Shown: positions 38,918-48,522 of the stretch, piece after piece | Position numbering within the stretch: position 1 is the stretch's first letter | Layout of the letters: each line of letters begins with the position of its first letter | Assembly: GCA_002478565.1 (NCBI GenBank) | Contig: DLPC01000016.1 | Location: forward strand, 11,700 to 75,699 | Length of the DNA: 64,000 bases | Reading direction: 5' to 3' | Origin: Flavobacteriales bacterium UBA7468 | Lineage (GTDB): Bacteria; Bacteroidota; Bacteroidia; Flavobacteriales_D; Crocinitomicaceae | Notes under the pieces: model-generated | What the model saw: only the letters and a program-made list of their open reading frames with translations | The model's database searches: none | What the model was told of the DNA's origin: nothing | Translations under genes and position numbers: made by a program

Positions 38918-39715
38918 TTAATCCTTTATAGTGCTATAGCTATGAGGGCTTTTGATTCTTGGATGTACCGCAATACGGTTGTATCCAGCGTAGATCTCTA
39001 CTACTTTTTCATTGTAAAGAACCTTGACCTTCTTTCGTATGTAGATATACGGCACACTGTAATAATGCCTATCCTCAGATAACAAAATATGGCCATTATT
39101 CATCACCGTTACAATAGCCTGCTTGCGTATCTCAAAACGTTCAACAGGAAGCTCCTTTAATTCAGCTTTTTCAAGCTCCTCAAAGAGTTCTATCCTGCTG
39201 TATGGCTTTCCAGTAAGGTTTGATGTATTGTGCTTCTCTAAAAGCGTTTTAATGGCACTATTTAATGATTTTAGACTAAAAAATTGCTGGTCCTTCAGTA
39301 CGCTATAAATTCGGGTGTAAAGGATTTTTACAGCGCCCTCAACCAAAGCTTAATCCTTTGGCTTATATGATCTTGCCGGCAAAATAGTGGTTCCATAGTG
39401 TTCAGAAAAATCTAAAAAAGTTTCATTAATGTTGGGTTCATAGCGATGGCTTTTCGTTACGGCAGACTTCAGGTTATCCGGAACAATCGCTTGTGGAACA
39501 CCTCCAAAAAAGAGTAGCACATTTTCAACAGATTCAACAAAGTCTTTCTTTTTTTGACCCATACTGGCTTCCGCATAAGTCAACTGACTTGCTCCTAGAG
39601 TGGCAACAAAAAATTCCACTTCTATTACCTCTCCGCTTTCTCTGTCAATAATTTCAAGCGTTTTTCCGGCATAATCAACAAACATTTTATCACCGGCCTT
39701 ATGGCTCATGTGCAT
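38918..39715 (-). pseudogene. istA: IS21 transposase IstA, internal fragment with in-frame TAA
   Basis: Two track ORFs (39350..39715 and 38918..39346) share one frame, separated by a TAA at 39350-39352 (..SYKPKD*ALVEGAVK..). The N-terminal HTH and the C-terminal third are missing. Confidence 0.75.
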
Positions 39716-39748
39716 AGACGCTAAAGACGAAAAGGAAAACGATTAATA

Positions 39749-39780
39749 GATAACTGCCCGCCTGATGGTGGGCAGTTATC
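39749..39780. repeat. strong orphan hairpin (14-bp stem)
   Basis: GATAACTGCCCGCC-TGAT-GGTGGGCAGTTATC has T-rich flanks on both strands. The arm GGTGGGCAGT recurs at 39829-39838. Confidence 0.6.
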
Positions 39781-39947
39781 CTTTTAATACTTTTAAAGGG
39801 GGTAAAAAATTGCAACTGTCCGGTTCCAGGTGGGCAGTAAAGTTCTTATTCAAACATTTTACCGCGAGTAAACGCAATCCTGTAAATAATTCCTTCATTT
39901 AAATAATTTTACTACAACAATCCAATTTTTCACTACATTTAACCCCG

Positions 39948-40340
39948 ATGAAAAGCATGAAGAAAATGTTTGTCTTGTTTATGATCCTGGTAATTAATAT
40001 GCCAGCCGAAACAGCACACGCCTTTTCTTTTGTTCCTGAATTCATCTCCCACTACAATCATCACAATCAAGAGCATCACGAGTTAAGTTTCATCGATTTT
40101 ATCGGTGAACATTTCAGCGTAGGTCATCACGAAGGTTCAAAACACCACGAGCAGGACGAATGCCCAACGAAGCACGATCATGCAGTTGTTTCGTTTACAT
40201 TCGTTGTAGAAAAGAAAGCCACATTTGAAGCAATAACGGAGAACAATACCTTCTTTGCAGAAAAAACACCCGTACCGCCTTACCAAACCTTTTTCTCTGA
40301 ATTTCATTCCGCTATCTGGCAACCGCCAAGATTGAGCTAA
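39948..40340 (+). CDS. secreted histidine-rich protein, putative periplasmic metal-binding protein
   Basis: 130-aa ORF with a signal peptide ending AHA. His-rich stretches include HYNHHNQEHHE and VGHHEGSKHHEQDECPTKHDH. It lies directly upstream of the czc genes. Confidence 0.6.
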   Translation: MKSMKKMFVLFMILVINMPAETAHAFSFVPEFISHYNHHNQEHHELSFIDFIGEHFSVGHHEGSKHHEQDECPTKHDHAVVSFTFVVEKKATFEAITENNTFFAEKTPVPPYQTFFSEFHSAIWQPPRLS

Positions 40341-40432
40341 TCGATTAATCAAAAATTGTTGCAGGGCAAATAACGCCTTGTGTAGTCGTGCATTTTGTCG
40401 CCGACCATTGTTTTACGATTAGAAGAATCAAT

Positions 40433-43400
40433 ATGTTAGATAAAGTCATTCAATTTAGTATCAAGAACAAGTTCATTATCGGCTTGTTCACCTTAGCCTT
40501 AATTGGAGTAGGAAGCTATTCCTTTTACAAGCTACCAATTGATGCCCTGCCCGATATAACCAACAATCAGGTGCAGATCATCACAACTTCGCCAACCTTG
40601 GCAACTCAGGAAGTGGAACAATTTATTACCTATCCCGTGGAGCTTTCCGTAAAGCCTATTCCTCAAATTGTGGAGTTGCGTTCTACCAGCCGTTTCGGGT
40701 TAAGCGTAGTTACCGTAGTGTTTGAAGAAGACGTAGATATATACTGGGCAAGAGCGCAGATTACCGAACGTTTGAAAGAAGCCGAAAACGCAATTCCTCC
40801 CGGATTGGGAACGCCCGAAATGGCTCCGATCAGTACCGGGCTTGGGGAGATTTATCAATACGTTGTCTACCCTAAAAAAGGCTACGAAAAAAAATACATT
40901 GCTACTGAGCTCCGCTCCATCCAGGATTGGATCATCAGACCTCAATTATTGGGAACTCCAGGCGTAGCAGAAGTGAACACGCTTGGCGGTTATTTGAAGC
41001 AATACGAAATCGCTATCAACCCTGACAAGTTAAAAAGTATGAACACCACCATTGCAGAGATTTTCGATGCATTGGAAAAGAACAACGAAAATACTGGTGG
41101 AGCATACATTGATAAGAAACCTTATGCCTATTTCATTCGTGGAATTGGGATGGTTACGGACATTGAAGACATTGGGAAGATCGTTGTAAAAACACAAAAT
41201 GGAATCCCGATTATGGTGCGTGATGTTGCCGATGTGCATATTGGGGCAAGTACCCGTTTTGGAGCAGTTACCAAAGACGGAAAAGGTGAAGAGGTGAGCG
41301 GAGTTGCGATGATGCTGAAAGGCGAAAACTCTTCTGAAGTGGTGAGCCGAGTGAAAGAAAAAATGGCTCAAATTGAAAAATCCTTACCCGAAGGAGTAGC
41401 CATTGAAGCCTTTAGCGACAGAACCCAACTCATCGACAAGGCCATTAGTACTGTTGAAAAGAACCTCATTGAAGGAGCATTGATCGTGATTTTCATTCTC
41501 GTTTTGTTGCTCGGGAACTGGCGCGCAGGTTTGGTTGTTGCTTCAGTTATTCCGTTAGCGTTGCTCTTTGCTGTTTCCATGATGTACCTCTTTGGCGTAA
41601 GCGGAAACCTTATGAGCCTTGGAGCAATCGACTTCGGTTTGATTGTGGACGGAGCAGTTATAATTGTAGAAGCGATCATTCACAGTTTACAGTCTCGAAA
41701 CAGGGAGGTTTTATCTCATGAACAAATGGATGCAGAAGTGTACAAGGCTTCGTCTAAAATAAGAAGCAGTGCAGCGTTTGGTGAAATCATTATTTTGATC
41801 GTTTACCTTCCGATTCTTGCCTTGGTGGGAATTGAAGGAAAGATGTTCGGACCAATGGCGCAAACCGTTTCGTTCGCCATTTTAGGTGCGTTTTTGCTGT
41901 CGTTAACCTATGTTCCTATGATGTCGGCACTCGTGTTGAAGAAGGAAACAGGACACAAGAAAAATTTCAGCGACCTCATTATAGAAGGTGCTGAACGCGT
42001 TTACAGACCATTGTTGAACGGTGCGTTGAAAATGAAAGGATTTGTGGTAGGAATAGCCGTTGTTCTGTTGGTGATCTCCATAATGGTTTTCGGGAAATTG
42101 GGTGGTGAATTCATTCCTACGTTAGACGAAGGGGACATTGCAACCCACGTGATTATTGCCTCGGGAAGTTCGCTTTCACAAGAAGTGGAAACAACTACGA
42201 AAGCCGAGAAGCTCTTGAAAGCACGTTTTCCCGAAGTAAAAATGATCGTTACCAAAATTGGTTCTGCCGAAATTCCTACCGATCCTATGCCGATGGAAGC
42301 GGGAGACATGATAATTCTGTTGAAAGACAAAGAACATTGGACTTCTGCCGATACGAAAGAAGAATTGATGGAAAAAATGGAAGAAACATTGGAAGAAATT
42401 CCAGGCGTTACGACCGAGTTTTCACAGCCTATTCAAATGCGTTTTAACGAGTTAATGACAGGTGTTCGAAGCGATGTTGCTGTGAAAATCTATGGTGAAG
42501 ACCTGGATATGCTCGTGAGCAAAGGCGACGAAGTGTTGAAACTTATTAGTTCGGTAAGTGGGGTTGCCGATGCGAAAGCCGAGCGAGTTGCAGGATTGCC
42601 ACAAATCACTATTCGATACAACAAAGACAAACTGGCACTTTACGGATTGAACGTAGGTGATCTGAATAAGGTCATTCGTGCAGGTTTTGCCGGAGAAAAA
42701 ACGGGTGTTGTTTACGAAGGTGAAAAGCGTTTCGACATTGTACTACGTTTGGCAGAAGACAGTCGAAAAGATATTTCGAACCTGAAAATGCTTTACATTA
42801 CCCTTCCTTCAGGAAGTCAAATCCCGTTGGAACAAGTTGCAGACATTGATTACGAACCAGGACCGATGCAGATCAGTCGTGAAAACGGAAAACGTCGCAT
42901 TGTTGTTGGTTTCAACGTGCGTGGTCGGGATGTGGAAAGCGTAGTAAAAGAAATTCAACAAAAACTGGATGGAAAACTGAAATTACCTGCGGGATATTTT
43001 GTCACTTATGGCGGGCAGTTTGAGAATTTGGTTCAGGCTTCGGCTCGTTTGTCGGTAGCCGTTCCTATTGCCTTGGCGTTGATCTTCGTATTGCTCTTTT
43101 TCACCTTCAAATCCGTGAAACAATCCTTGCTCATCTTTACGGCTATTCCGTTTTCTGCAATCGGTGGCGTGTTCGCGCTGTGGTTGCGAGATATGCCTTT
43201 TAGTATTTCTGCAGGTGTCGGTTTTATCGCTTTGTTTGGTGTGGCAGTACTGAACGGAATTGTATTAATCAGTTATTTCAATCACTTAAAAGCAGACGGA
43301 ATGCATGATGTGTTGGAGCGCGTGAAAGAAGGAACAAAAGTGCGTTTGCGCCCGGTGTTGTTAACTGCTTCGGTGGCATCACTCGGTTTCCTTCCTATGG

Positions 43401-44773
43401 CATTGAGTACAAGCGCAGGTGCAGAAGTTCAGAAACCATTGGCAACCGTTGTAATTGGCGGATTGATTACCGCAACTTTCCTAACGCTGGTTGTTCTTCC
43501 AATCCTCTACATTTTCTTCGAAAAAGGAAAACTGAAAGTGTCGGGTAAAACCGCCTTAGTCCTTCCGATATTGTTCTTGTTGGGTTCATTCAACGGGTTT
43601 TCGCAAGAACCAACTTTAACGCTCGATCAGGCAATTCAACAAGGAATTAGCAATAACCAATTGATCCAGGCAGGAACGCTGAACTTGCAGGCTCAAAATC
43701 AATTGCGACCCACCGCATTCGAATTGCCGAAAACAGACATTACAGGAATGTTCGGACAGTACAATACACGTGCATTCGATCAGAACTACATGGTTTCGCA
43801 GTCCATAAATCCCTTCCAGTTCAAAGCGAAAATGGACGTGGTGGTTGCAAACATTCAGTCGAGTGAAATCCAGTTAGGGCAATCGAAAAACGAAGTTCGG
43901 TTTTACATCCGTCAATCGTGGTTCAACCTCTTGTACCTGAATGAAGTTCACACCCAATTATTGGTTCAGGACAGCTTATTGAACAAGTTCGTGAAAGCTG
44001 CCGATTCCCGTTACCAGGCAGGTGATGTGAACGAGTTGGAGAAATCCACAGCAATTGTCAAGCAAAAGGAACTGCAACAGCAGATCAAGCAAAATGAAAT
44101 GAATCGGATTGCCGAGAAAAGCCGTTTGAGAACCTTACTTGGGTTGAATTCGGATTTTTCGGTTATTGAATCTTTGAAAATGGAACCGTTCTTAGGAACA
44201 TTGGACTCGGTTGCCTTGCAGGAAAATCCGCAGTTACAGTTGGCATTGCAGGAAGTGGAACTGGCAGAAGCGAATCAGAAACTGGAACGTTCAAACCTGT
44301 TCCCCGATGTAAGTGCAGGGTATTTTATCCAATCGCTAACAGGAAATCAGGAGGTGAACGGTCAAACGGTTTATTACAATGGCGCTCCACGTTTTCAAGG
44401 CTTCACCCTTGGTGTTTCCATTCCCATTTTTACAGGTTCAACTGTTGCTAAATCGAATTCAGCAAAAACAACCGTTATGGCGCAACAGGCAAATGCAGAC
44501 TATCTACAAACACAGTTGAAGAACCAATATGTTCAGCAGTTACAACAGTTAGCCACGTTGCAATCAGCAGCTGAGTTCTATGAAAATTCGGTGCTTCCTT
44601 CTGCAAGAACCATTTCAAAAAACGCTGCCATTTCCTACGAACAGGGAGACATTTCCTACGTGGAATATTTGCAGGGAATTCAAACCGCTTTAGAGAGCCA
44701 AATGAGTTACATGAACGTGCTGAACCAGTACAACCAAAGCGTCAGCGCTATTCAATATTTACTGAATAAATAA
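40433..44773 (+). CDS. heavy-metal efflux RND pump CzcA/CusA fused to a TolC/CzcC-like outer-membrane factor
   Basis: ATG at 40433 (MLDKVIQFSIKNKF), 1446 aa. The first ~1040 aa form a 12-TM HME-RND protein. From ~43.56 kb there is a hydrophobic segment KTALVLPILFLLGSFNGFSQ, then OMF-type repeats to the end. Confidence 0.9.
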   Translation: MLDKVIQFSIKNKFIIGLFTLALIGVGSYSFYKLPIDALPDITNNQVQIITTSPTLATQEVEQFITYPVELSVKPIPQIVELRSTSRFGLSVVTVVFEEDVDIYWARAQITERLKEAENAIPPGLGTPEMAPISTGLGEIYQYVVYPKKGYEKKYIATELRSIQDWIIRPQLLGTPGVAEVNTLGGYLKQYEIAINPDKLKSMNTTIAEIFDALEKNNENTGGAYIDKKPYAYFIRGIGMVTDIEDIGKIVVKTQNGIPIMVRDVADVHIGASTRFGAVTKDGKGEEVSGVAMMLKGENSSEVVSRVKEKMAQIEKSLPEGVAIEAFSDRTQLIDKAISTVEKNLIEGALIVIFILVLLLGNWRAGLVVASVIPLALLFAVSMMYLFGVSGNLMSLGAIDFGLIVDGAVIIVEAIIHSLQSRNREVLSHEQMDAEVYKASSKIRSSAAFGEIIILIVYLPILALVGIEGKMFGPMAQTVSFAILGAFLLSLTYVPMMSALVLKKETGHKKNFSDLIIEGAERVYRPLLNGALKMKGFVVGIAVVLLVISIMVFGKLGGEFIPTLDEGDIATHVIIASGSSLSQEVETTTKAEKLLKARFPEVKMIVTKIGSAEIPTDPMPMEAGDMIILLKDKEHWTSADTKEELMEKMEETLEEIPGVTTEFSQPIQMRFNELMTGVRSDVAVKIYGEDLDMLVSKGDEVLKLISSVSGVADAKAERVAGLPQITIRYNKDKLALYGLNVGDLNKVIRAGFAGEKTGVVYEGEKRFDIVLRLAEDSRKDISNLKMLYITLPSGSQIPLEQVADIDYEPGPMQISRENGKRRIVVGFNVRGRDVESVVKEIQQKLDGKLKLPAGYFVTYGGQFENLVQASARLSVAVPIALALIFVLLFFTFKSVKQSLLIFTAIPFSAIGGVFALWLRDMPFSISAGVGFIALFGVAVLNGIVLISYFNHLKADGMHDVLERVKEGTKVRLRPVLLTASVASLGFLPMALSTSAGAEVQKPLATVVIGGLITATFLTLVVLPILYIFFEKGKLKVSGKTALVLPILFLLGSFNGFSQEPTLTLDQAIQQGISNNQLIQAGTLNLQAQNQLRPTAFELPKTDITGMFGQYNTRAFDQNYMVSQSINPFQFKAKMDVVVANIQSSEIQLGQSKNEVRFYIRQSWFNLLYLNEVHTQLLVQDSLLNKFVKAADSRYQAGDVNELEKSTAIVKQKELQQQIKQNEMNRIAEKSRLRTLLGLNSDFSVIESLKMEPFLGTLDSVALQENPQLQLALQEVELAEANQKLERSNLFPDVSAGYFIQSLTGNQEVNGQTVYYNGAPRFQGFTLGVSIPIFTGSTVAKSNSAKTTVMAQQANADYLQTQLKNQYVQQLQQLATLQSAAEFYENSVLPSARTISKNAAISYEQGDISYVEYLQGIQTALESQMSYMNVLNQYNQSVSAIQYLLNK

Positions 44774-44780
44774 ACGAGAC

Positions 44781-46040
44781 ATGAAAAAATCAATAAAATA
44801 TATAATTGGAGCTGTTACCGTAGTGGGAATAGTACTCTATTTTATGTTGCGTTCATCTGATGAACAAACAACTCCTGCCGCAACGGAAGAACACGAGGGA
44901 CACACAGAAAGCAGTATCAAAGAAGTGGAATTGAACGAAGCACAGTACAAAGCTTCCGAAATTGAACTGGGAACGTTTTCCTACAAGAACCTGAGCGAAG
45001 TAATCCACGCAAACGGGTACACGAAACTTCCGCCACAAAATCAGGCAGATGCTACGATTTTGGTTGAAGGAACAGTGAAATCCATCAAAGTGATCGAAGG
45101 GCAATTCGTAAAGCAAGGGCAAACTCTGGCTACGATTGAAAGCCTCGAATTTACCAGATTGCAACAGTCTTATTTGGAATCAAAAAGCAACCTCGAATGG
45201 CTTTCGGAAGAGTATGACCGTCAAAAGACGTTGAGTGCAGAAAATGTAAATGCGAAGAAGACCTTACAGAAAGCAAAATCCGATTACGAAAGTGAAAAGG
45301 CTCGTTATGCTTCCTTGAAAAAGCAATTGAACATTCTGAACCTTTCAGGCGATGGTGGTGCAGTTTCTATTATGGCAGTCAAAGCACCAATTAGCGGTTA
45401 CATTACCGAAATCAACGTAAAGATTGGAACAACCGCAAAACTCGGCGAACCATTGTTCAGCATTGTAGACAATACCAAAATGCACGTTGATTTGTTGGTG
45501 TACGAAAAGGATTTGCAGAAAGTGAAGCCAGGTCAGCAGGTGCGTTTCACCTTGACAAATCAGGACAACACCGAGATCATGGGTGAGATTTTCAGCATAG
45601 GAAAAGCCTTTGAGAACGAGACCAAATCAGTTGCAGTTCACGCCGACATTCTCAACGAAAAACAATTGCTCATTCCTGGAATGTATGTGAATGCCTTGAT
45701 CGATGTAGGGATAAATAAAGTGCAGTCACTTCCCGAAGAAGCAGTTGTCAAAGCAGACGGAAGAGAATTCATTTTCATTCTTGAAAAAGTAGAAGAAGAA
45801 AAAAGCCATGACGAAAAAGCGGGACACGATCACGATGACGCTCACGAACATTCCGAGAAAGCAGGAAAAGGCTACCACTTCCAACGAATTGAGGTAAAGA
45901 CAGGAACAAAGCAATTGGGATTTGTGCAGGTGACATTGTTGCATAATATTCCTGCCAATGCGCAAATAGTTTTGAAAGGAGCTTATTACATTCAAAGTCA
46001 CTTGCTGAAAAGTGAAGGTGGCGGAGGACACGAACATTAA
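44781..46040 (+). CDS. efflux RND periplasmic adaptor subunit (CzcB-like) with His-rich insert
   Basis: 419-aa ORF with an N-terminal TM and lipoyl/barrel-sandwich blocks (GQTLATIES, APISGYI). His/Asp-rich stretch EKSHDEKAGHDHDDAHEHSEKAG and tail GGGGHEH. Confidence 0.9.
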   Translation: MKKSIKYIIGAVTVVGIVLYFMLRSSDEQTTPAATEEHEGHTESSIKEVELNEAQYKASEIELGTFSYKNLSEVIHANGYTKLPPQNQADATILVEGTVKSIKVIEGQFVKQGQTLATIESLEFTRLQQSYLESKSNLEWLSEEYDRQKTLSAENVNAKKTLQKAKSDYESEKARYASLKKQLNILNLSGDGGAVSIMAVKAPISGYITEINVKIGTTAKLGEPLFSIVDNTKMHVDLLVYEKDLQKVKPGQQVRFTLTNQDNTEIMGEIFSIGKAFENETKSVAVHADILNEKQLLIPGMYVNALIDVGINKVQSLPEEAVVKADGREFIFILEKVEEEKSHDEKAGHDHDDAHEHSEKAGKGYHFQRIEVKTGTKQLGFVQVTLLHNIPANAQIVLKGAYYIQSHLLKSEGGGGHEH

Positions 46041-46130
46041 TCATTTTAGGGCGGGGGCTTGGAGTTTTTAACGTTTTAGTAAGAAACTCTTTTTCGCTCC
46101 AATGTCTTCGCCCTTTATAAATAAAACGAT

Positions 46131-48155
46131 ATGGTAAATACAGATCCGAATCACGTGCATACCTACGATGCCCATGGCAGAATGACTTGTTGCTCGTTGG
46201 AGGAAAAAATAGACGCTAAAAGCGGTACTCCACATATTCACACACAAGAGCATGCTCCTGATGACGAAGATGGTCACGATCATTCGCACGGAGAAAAACC
46301 CGCTTGGATTGAATATATTCCGTGTATCATCAGCTTTGCACTTTTACTAACTGGAATCTTATTTGAACAGGTATTTCATCCCACCTTTTTCAAAGACTAT
46401 TTCAAACTCATTTGGTATATCGTTGCCTACGTTCCAGTTGGTAAACCCGTGATGATAGACGCTGTAAAGTCTATTTCAAAAGGTGCGTTCTTTTCCGAGT
46501 TTTTTTTAATGACCATTGCCACATTGGGAGCGTTTTTCATTGGTGAATATTCCGAAGGAGTTGCCGTAATGGTGTTCTATTCTATTGGCGAATTGTTTCA
46601 GTCGTTGGCAGTAAAAAGAGCAAAACGAAGCATCAAAGCCTTGTTGGATATTCGCCCCGATACCGTTAACGTAATGCGTGACGGACAATTAAAGACCGTT
46701 TCACCATCAGGGGTTCAGGTTGGCGAAATTATACAGGTGAAATCAGGCGAAAAAGTGGCATTGGACGGAGAATTGGTTTCCGATTCTGCTTCATTCAATA
46801 CTGCTGCACTTACAGGCGAAAGCAAACCTGATAAAAAAGCAAAAGGTGAAACTGTACTGGCGGGGATGATCAACCTTCAATCCGTTTCCGACATTCAGGT
46901 TACTGCGCTTTACAAAGACAGTAAATTGTCGAAGATTTTGGAAATGGTTCAGGATGCTACTTCACGTAAATCGCAAACACAGTTATTCATTTCCAGGTTA
47001 GCGAAGATCTACACACCAATTGTTGTTTTCCTTGCAGTTGGAATCTGTCTGCTTCCCTATTTGTTCGTTTCCGACTACCAATTTTCCGTATGGCTGTATC
47101 GTGCATTGGTGTTCTTAGTGATTTCCTGTCCGTGTGCTTTGGTGATTTCCATTCCGCTTGGATATTTCGGTGGCATCGGTTTAGCATCCCGAAACGGAAT
47201 CCTGTTCAAAGGTTCGAATTACTTAGACGTCATGACGAAAATAGACACCGTTGTGATGGACAAAACAGGAACATTGACCAAAGGTGTTTTCAAAGTTCAG
47301 GAAATCGTGGCAGAAGGAATCGAAAGAGACGAATTATTGAAACTCACAGCATCTATTGAAAGCAAATCTACGCACCCGATAGCGTCTGCAATTGTGCAAC
47401 ACGCAGGAGATTTAGCAAAAGGCACAAACGTTGGACAGGTGGAAGAAATCTACGGGCACGGTTTGAAGGGAACCATAGACGGGAAGGTAGTATTAGCAGG
47501 GAATTTGAAACTGTTGAAGAAATTCAACATTGCTTTCGATACTGAGATTGAAAAAATCGTAGAAACCATTGTTGTAGTTGCAGTTGATGGAAAGTATGCG
47601 GGTTACATTACCATTGCCGATGAGATCAAAGAAGACGCAGGGCAAGCAATCAAAGAACTGCATAGTCTCGGTATTAGAACCGTCATGCTTTCAGGAGACA
47701 AACAAAGCATTGTAAGTAAGGTAGCAGAAACGCTTTCCGTTGATAATGCCTATGGCGATTTACTGCCTGAAAATAAAGTAGAGAAAGTACAGGCATTGAA
47801 GGATCAGAAACGAACTCTTGCGTTTGTAGGTGACGGTGTGAATGATGCTCCTGTAATTGCATTGGCAGATGCGGGAATTGCTATGGGCGGTTTGGGAAGC
47901 GATGCCACAATTGAAACTGCTGATATTGTCATTCAGAACGATGAACCTTCAAAGATCGTTTCAGCCATTAAAATTGGAAAAATCACGAAGAAAATCGTAT
48001 GGCAAAACATCATTATGGCAATGACCGTCAAAGTGATAGTTTTGGTTCTTGGAGCGGGCGGAATTGCCACCCTTTGGGAAGCAGTTTTTGCAGACGTAGG
48101 AGTTGCTTTACTGGCAATCTTGAATGCTGTTCGAATTCAGCGAATGAAAGTATAA
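46131..48155 (+). CDS. heavy-metal-translocating P1B-type ATPase (Zn/Cd/Co-type)
   Basis: 674-aa ORF with a His-rich N-terminus (HIHTQEHAPDDEDGHDHSHGE), TM motif SCPCAL, DKTGTLT, STHPIA and GDGVNDAP. Confidence 0.9.
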   Translation: MVNTDPNHVHTYDAHGRMTCCSLEEKIDAKSGTPHIHTQEHAPDDEDGHDHSHGEKPAWIEYIPCIISFALLLTGILFEQVFHPTFFKDYFKLIWYIVAYVPVGKPVMIDAVKSISKGAFFSEFFLMTIATLGAFFIGEYSEGVAVMVFYSIGELFQSLAVKRAKRSIKALLDIRPDTVNVMRDGQLKTVSPSGVQVGEIIQVKSGEKVALDGELVSDSASFNTAALTGESKPDKKAKGETVLAGMINLQSVSDIQVTALYKDSKLSKILEMVQDATSRKSQTQLFISRLAKIYTPIVVFLAVGICLLPYLFVSDYQFSVWLYRALVFLVISCPCALVISIPLGYFGGIGLASRNGILFKGSNYLDVMTKIDTVVMDKTGTLTKGVFKVQEIVAEGIERDELLKLTASIESKSTHPIASAIVQHAGDLAKGTNVGQVEEIYGHGLKGTIDGKVVLAGNLKLLKKFNIAFDTEIEKIVETIVVVAVDGKYAGYITIADEIKEDAGQAIKELHSLGIRTVMLSGDKQSIVSKVAETLSVDNAYGDLLPENKVEKVQALKDQKRTLAFVGDGVNDAPVIALADAGIAMGGLGSDATIETADIVIQNDEPSKIVSAIKIGKITKKIVWQNIIMAMTVKVIVLVLGAGGIATLWEAVFADVGVALLAILNAVRIQRMKV

Positions 48156-48165
48156 ATTTCGTAAC

Positions 48166-48477
48166 TTGGAGATTATGGGAGTCGAAATAGAATTAGCAGA
48201 ATTACGTGTAATTCAATTAGTAATGACCAATTTCTTTGCACGTTTTGAAATAGAAACACCTGCAATGCGTAAAATCATCGGATGGTTAATCATTGCAGGA
48301 ATTACCGTAGGTTTGTTTTATCTCGTTGGGCATTGGTCGTCTATATTCCCTGTTATCGGATTAATTCCAGGAACAATCTACCATTTTCAATGGTGCAAAA
48401 AGAATGGAATTGATCCTTTAAAAGCTACTCTACGAAAGAAATACTACGAGTTAAGAAAGTGGAAATTGGAAGAATGA
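48166..48477 (+). CDS. small membrane protein, unknown function
   Basis: The ORF starts at a TTG 11 nt after the ATPase stop. It has two hydrophobic helices (IIGWLIIAGITVGLFYLVG, IFPVIGLIPGTIY). The true start is uncertain. Confidence 0.4.
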   Translation: MEIMGVEIELAELRVIQLVMTNFFARFEIETPAMRKIIGWLIIAGITVGLFYLVGHWSSIFPVIGLIPGTIYHFQWCKKNGIDPLKATLRKKYYELRKWKLEE

Positions 48478-48522
48478 GAGTATCCTTATTTTTAAAGTCC
48501 AAAACAATTAAAACACGAAACA

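Larger units (their letters stand above)
38482..39715 (-). mobile_element. degenerate IS21-family element (truncated istA with in-frame stop, truncated istB, one end with repeated ATGTTGACCA motifs)
   Basis: IstA DDE-domain and IstB C-terminal fragments lie in the canonical order on the minus strand. ATGTTGACCA occurs twice (38482-38491 and 38506-38515), like the multiple terminal repeats of IS21 ends. Confidence 0.7.

Noticed and set aside
46041-46130. Weak stem (GAGTTT..AAACTC plus TTTTT) between czcB and the ATPase, as a terminator
   Set aside because: The stem is 6 bp with a 17-nt loop, too weak to call. The genes may well be co-transcribed.
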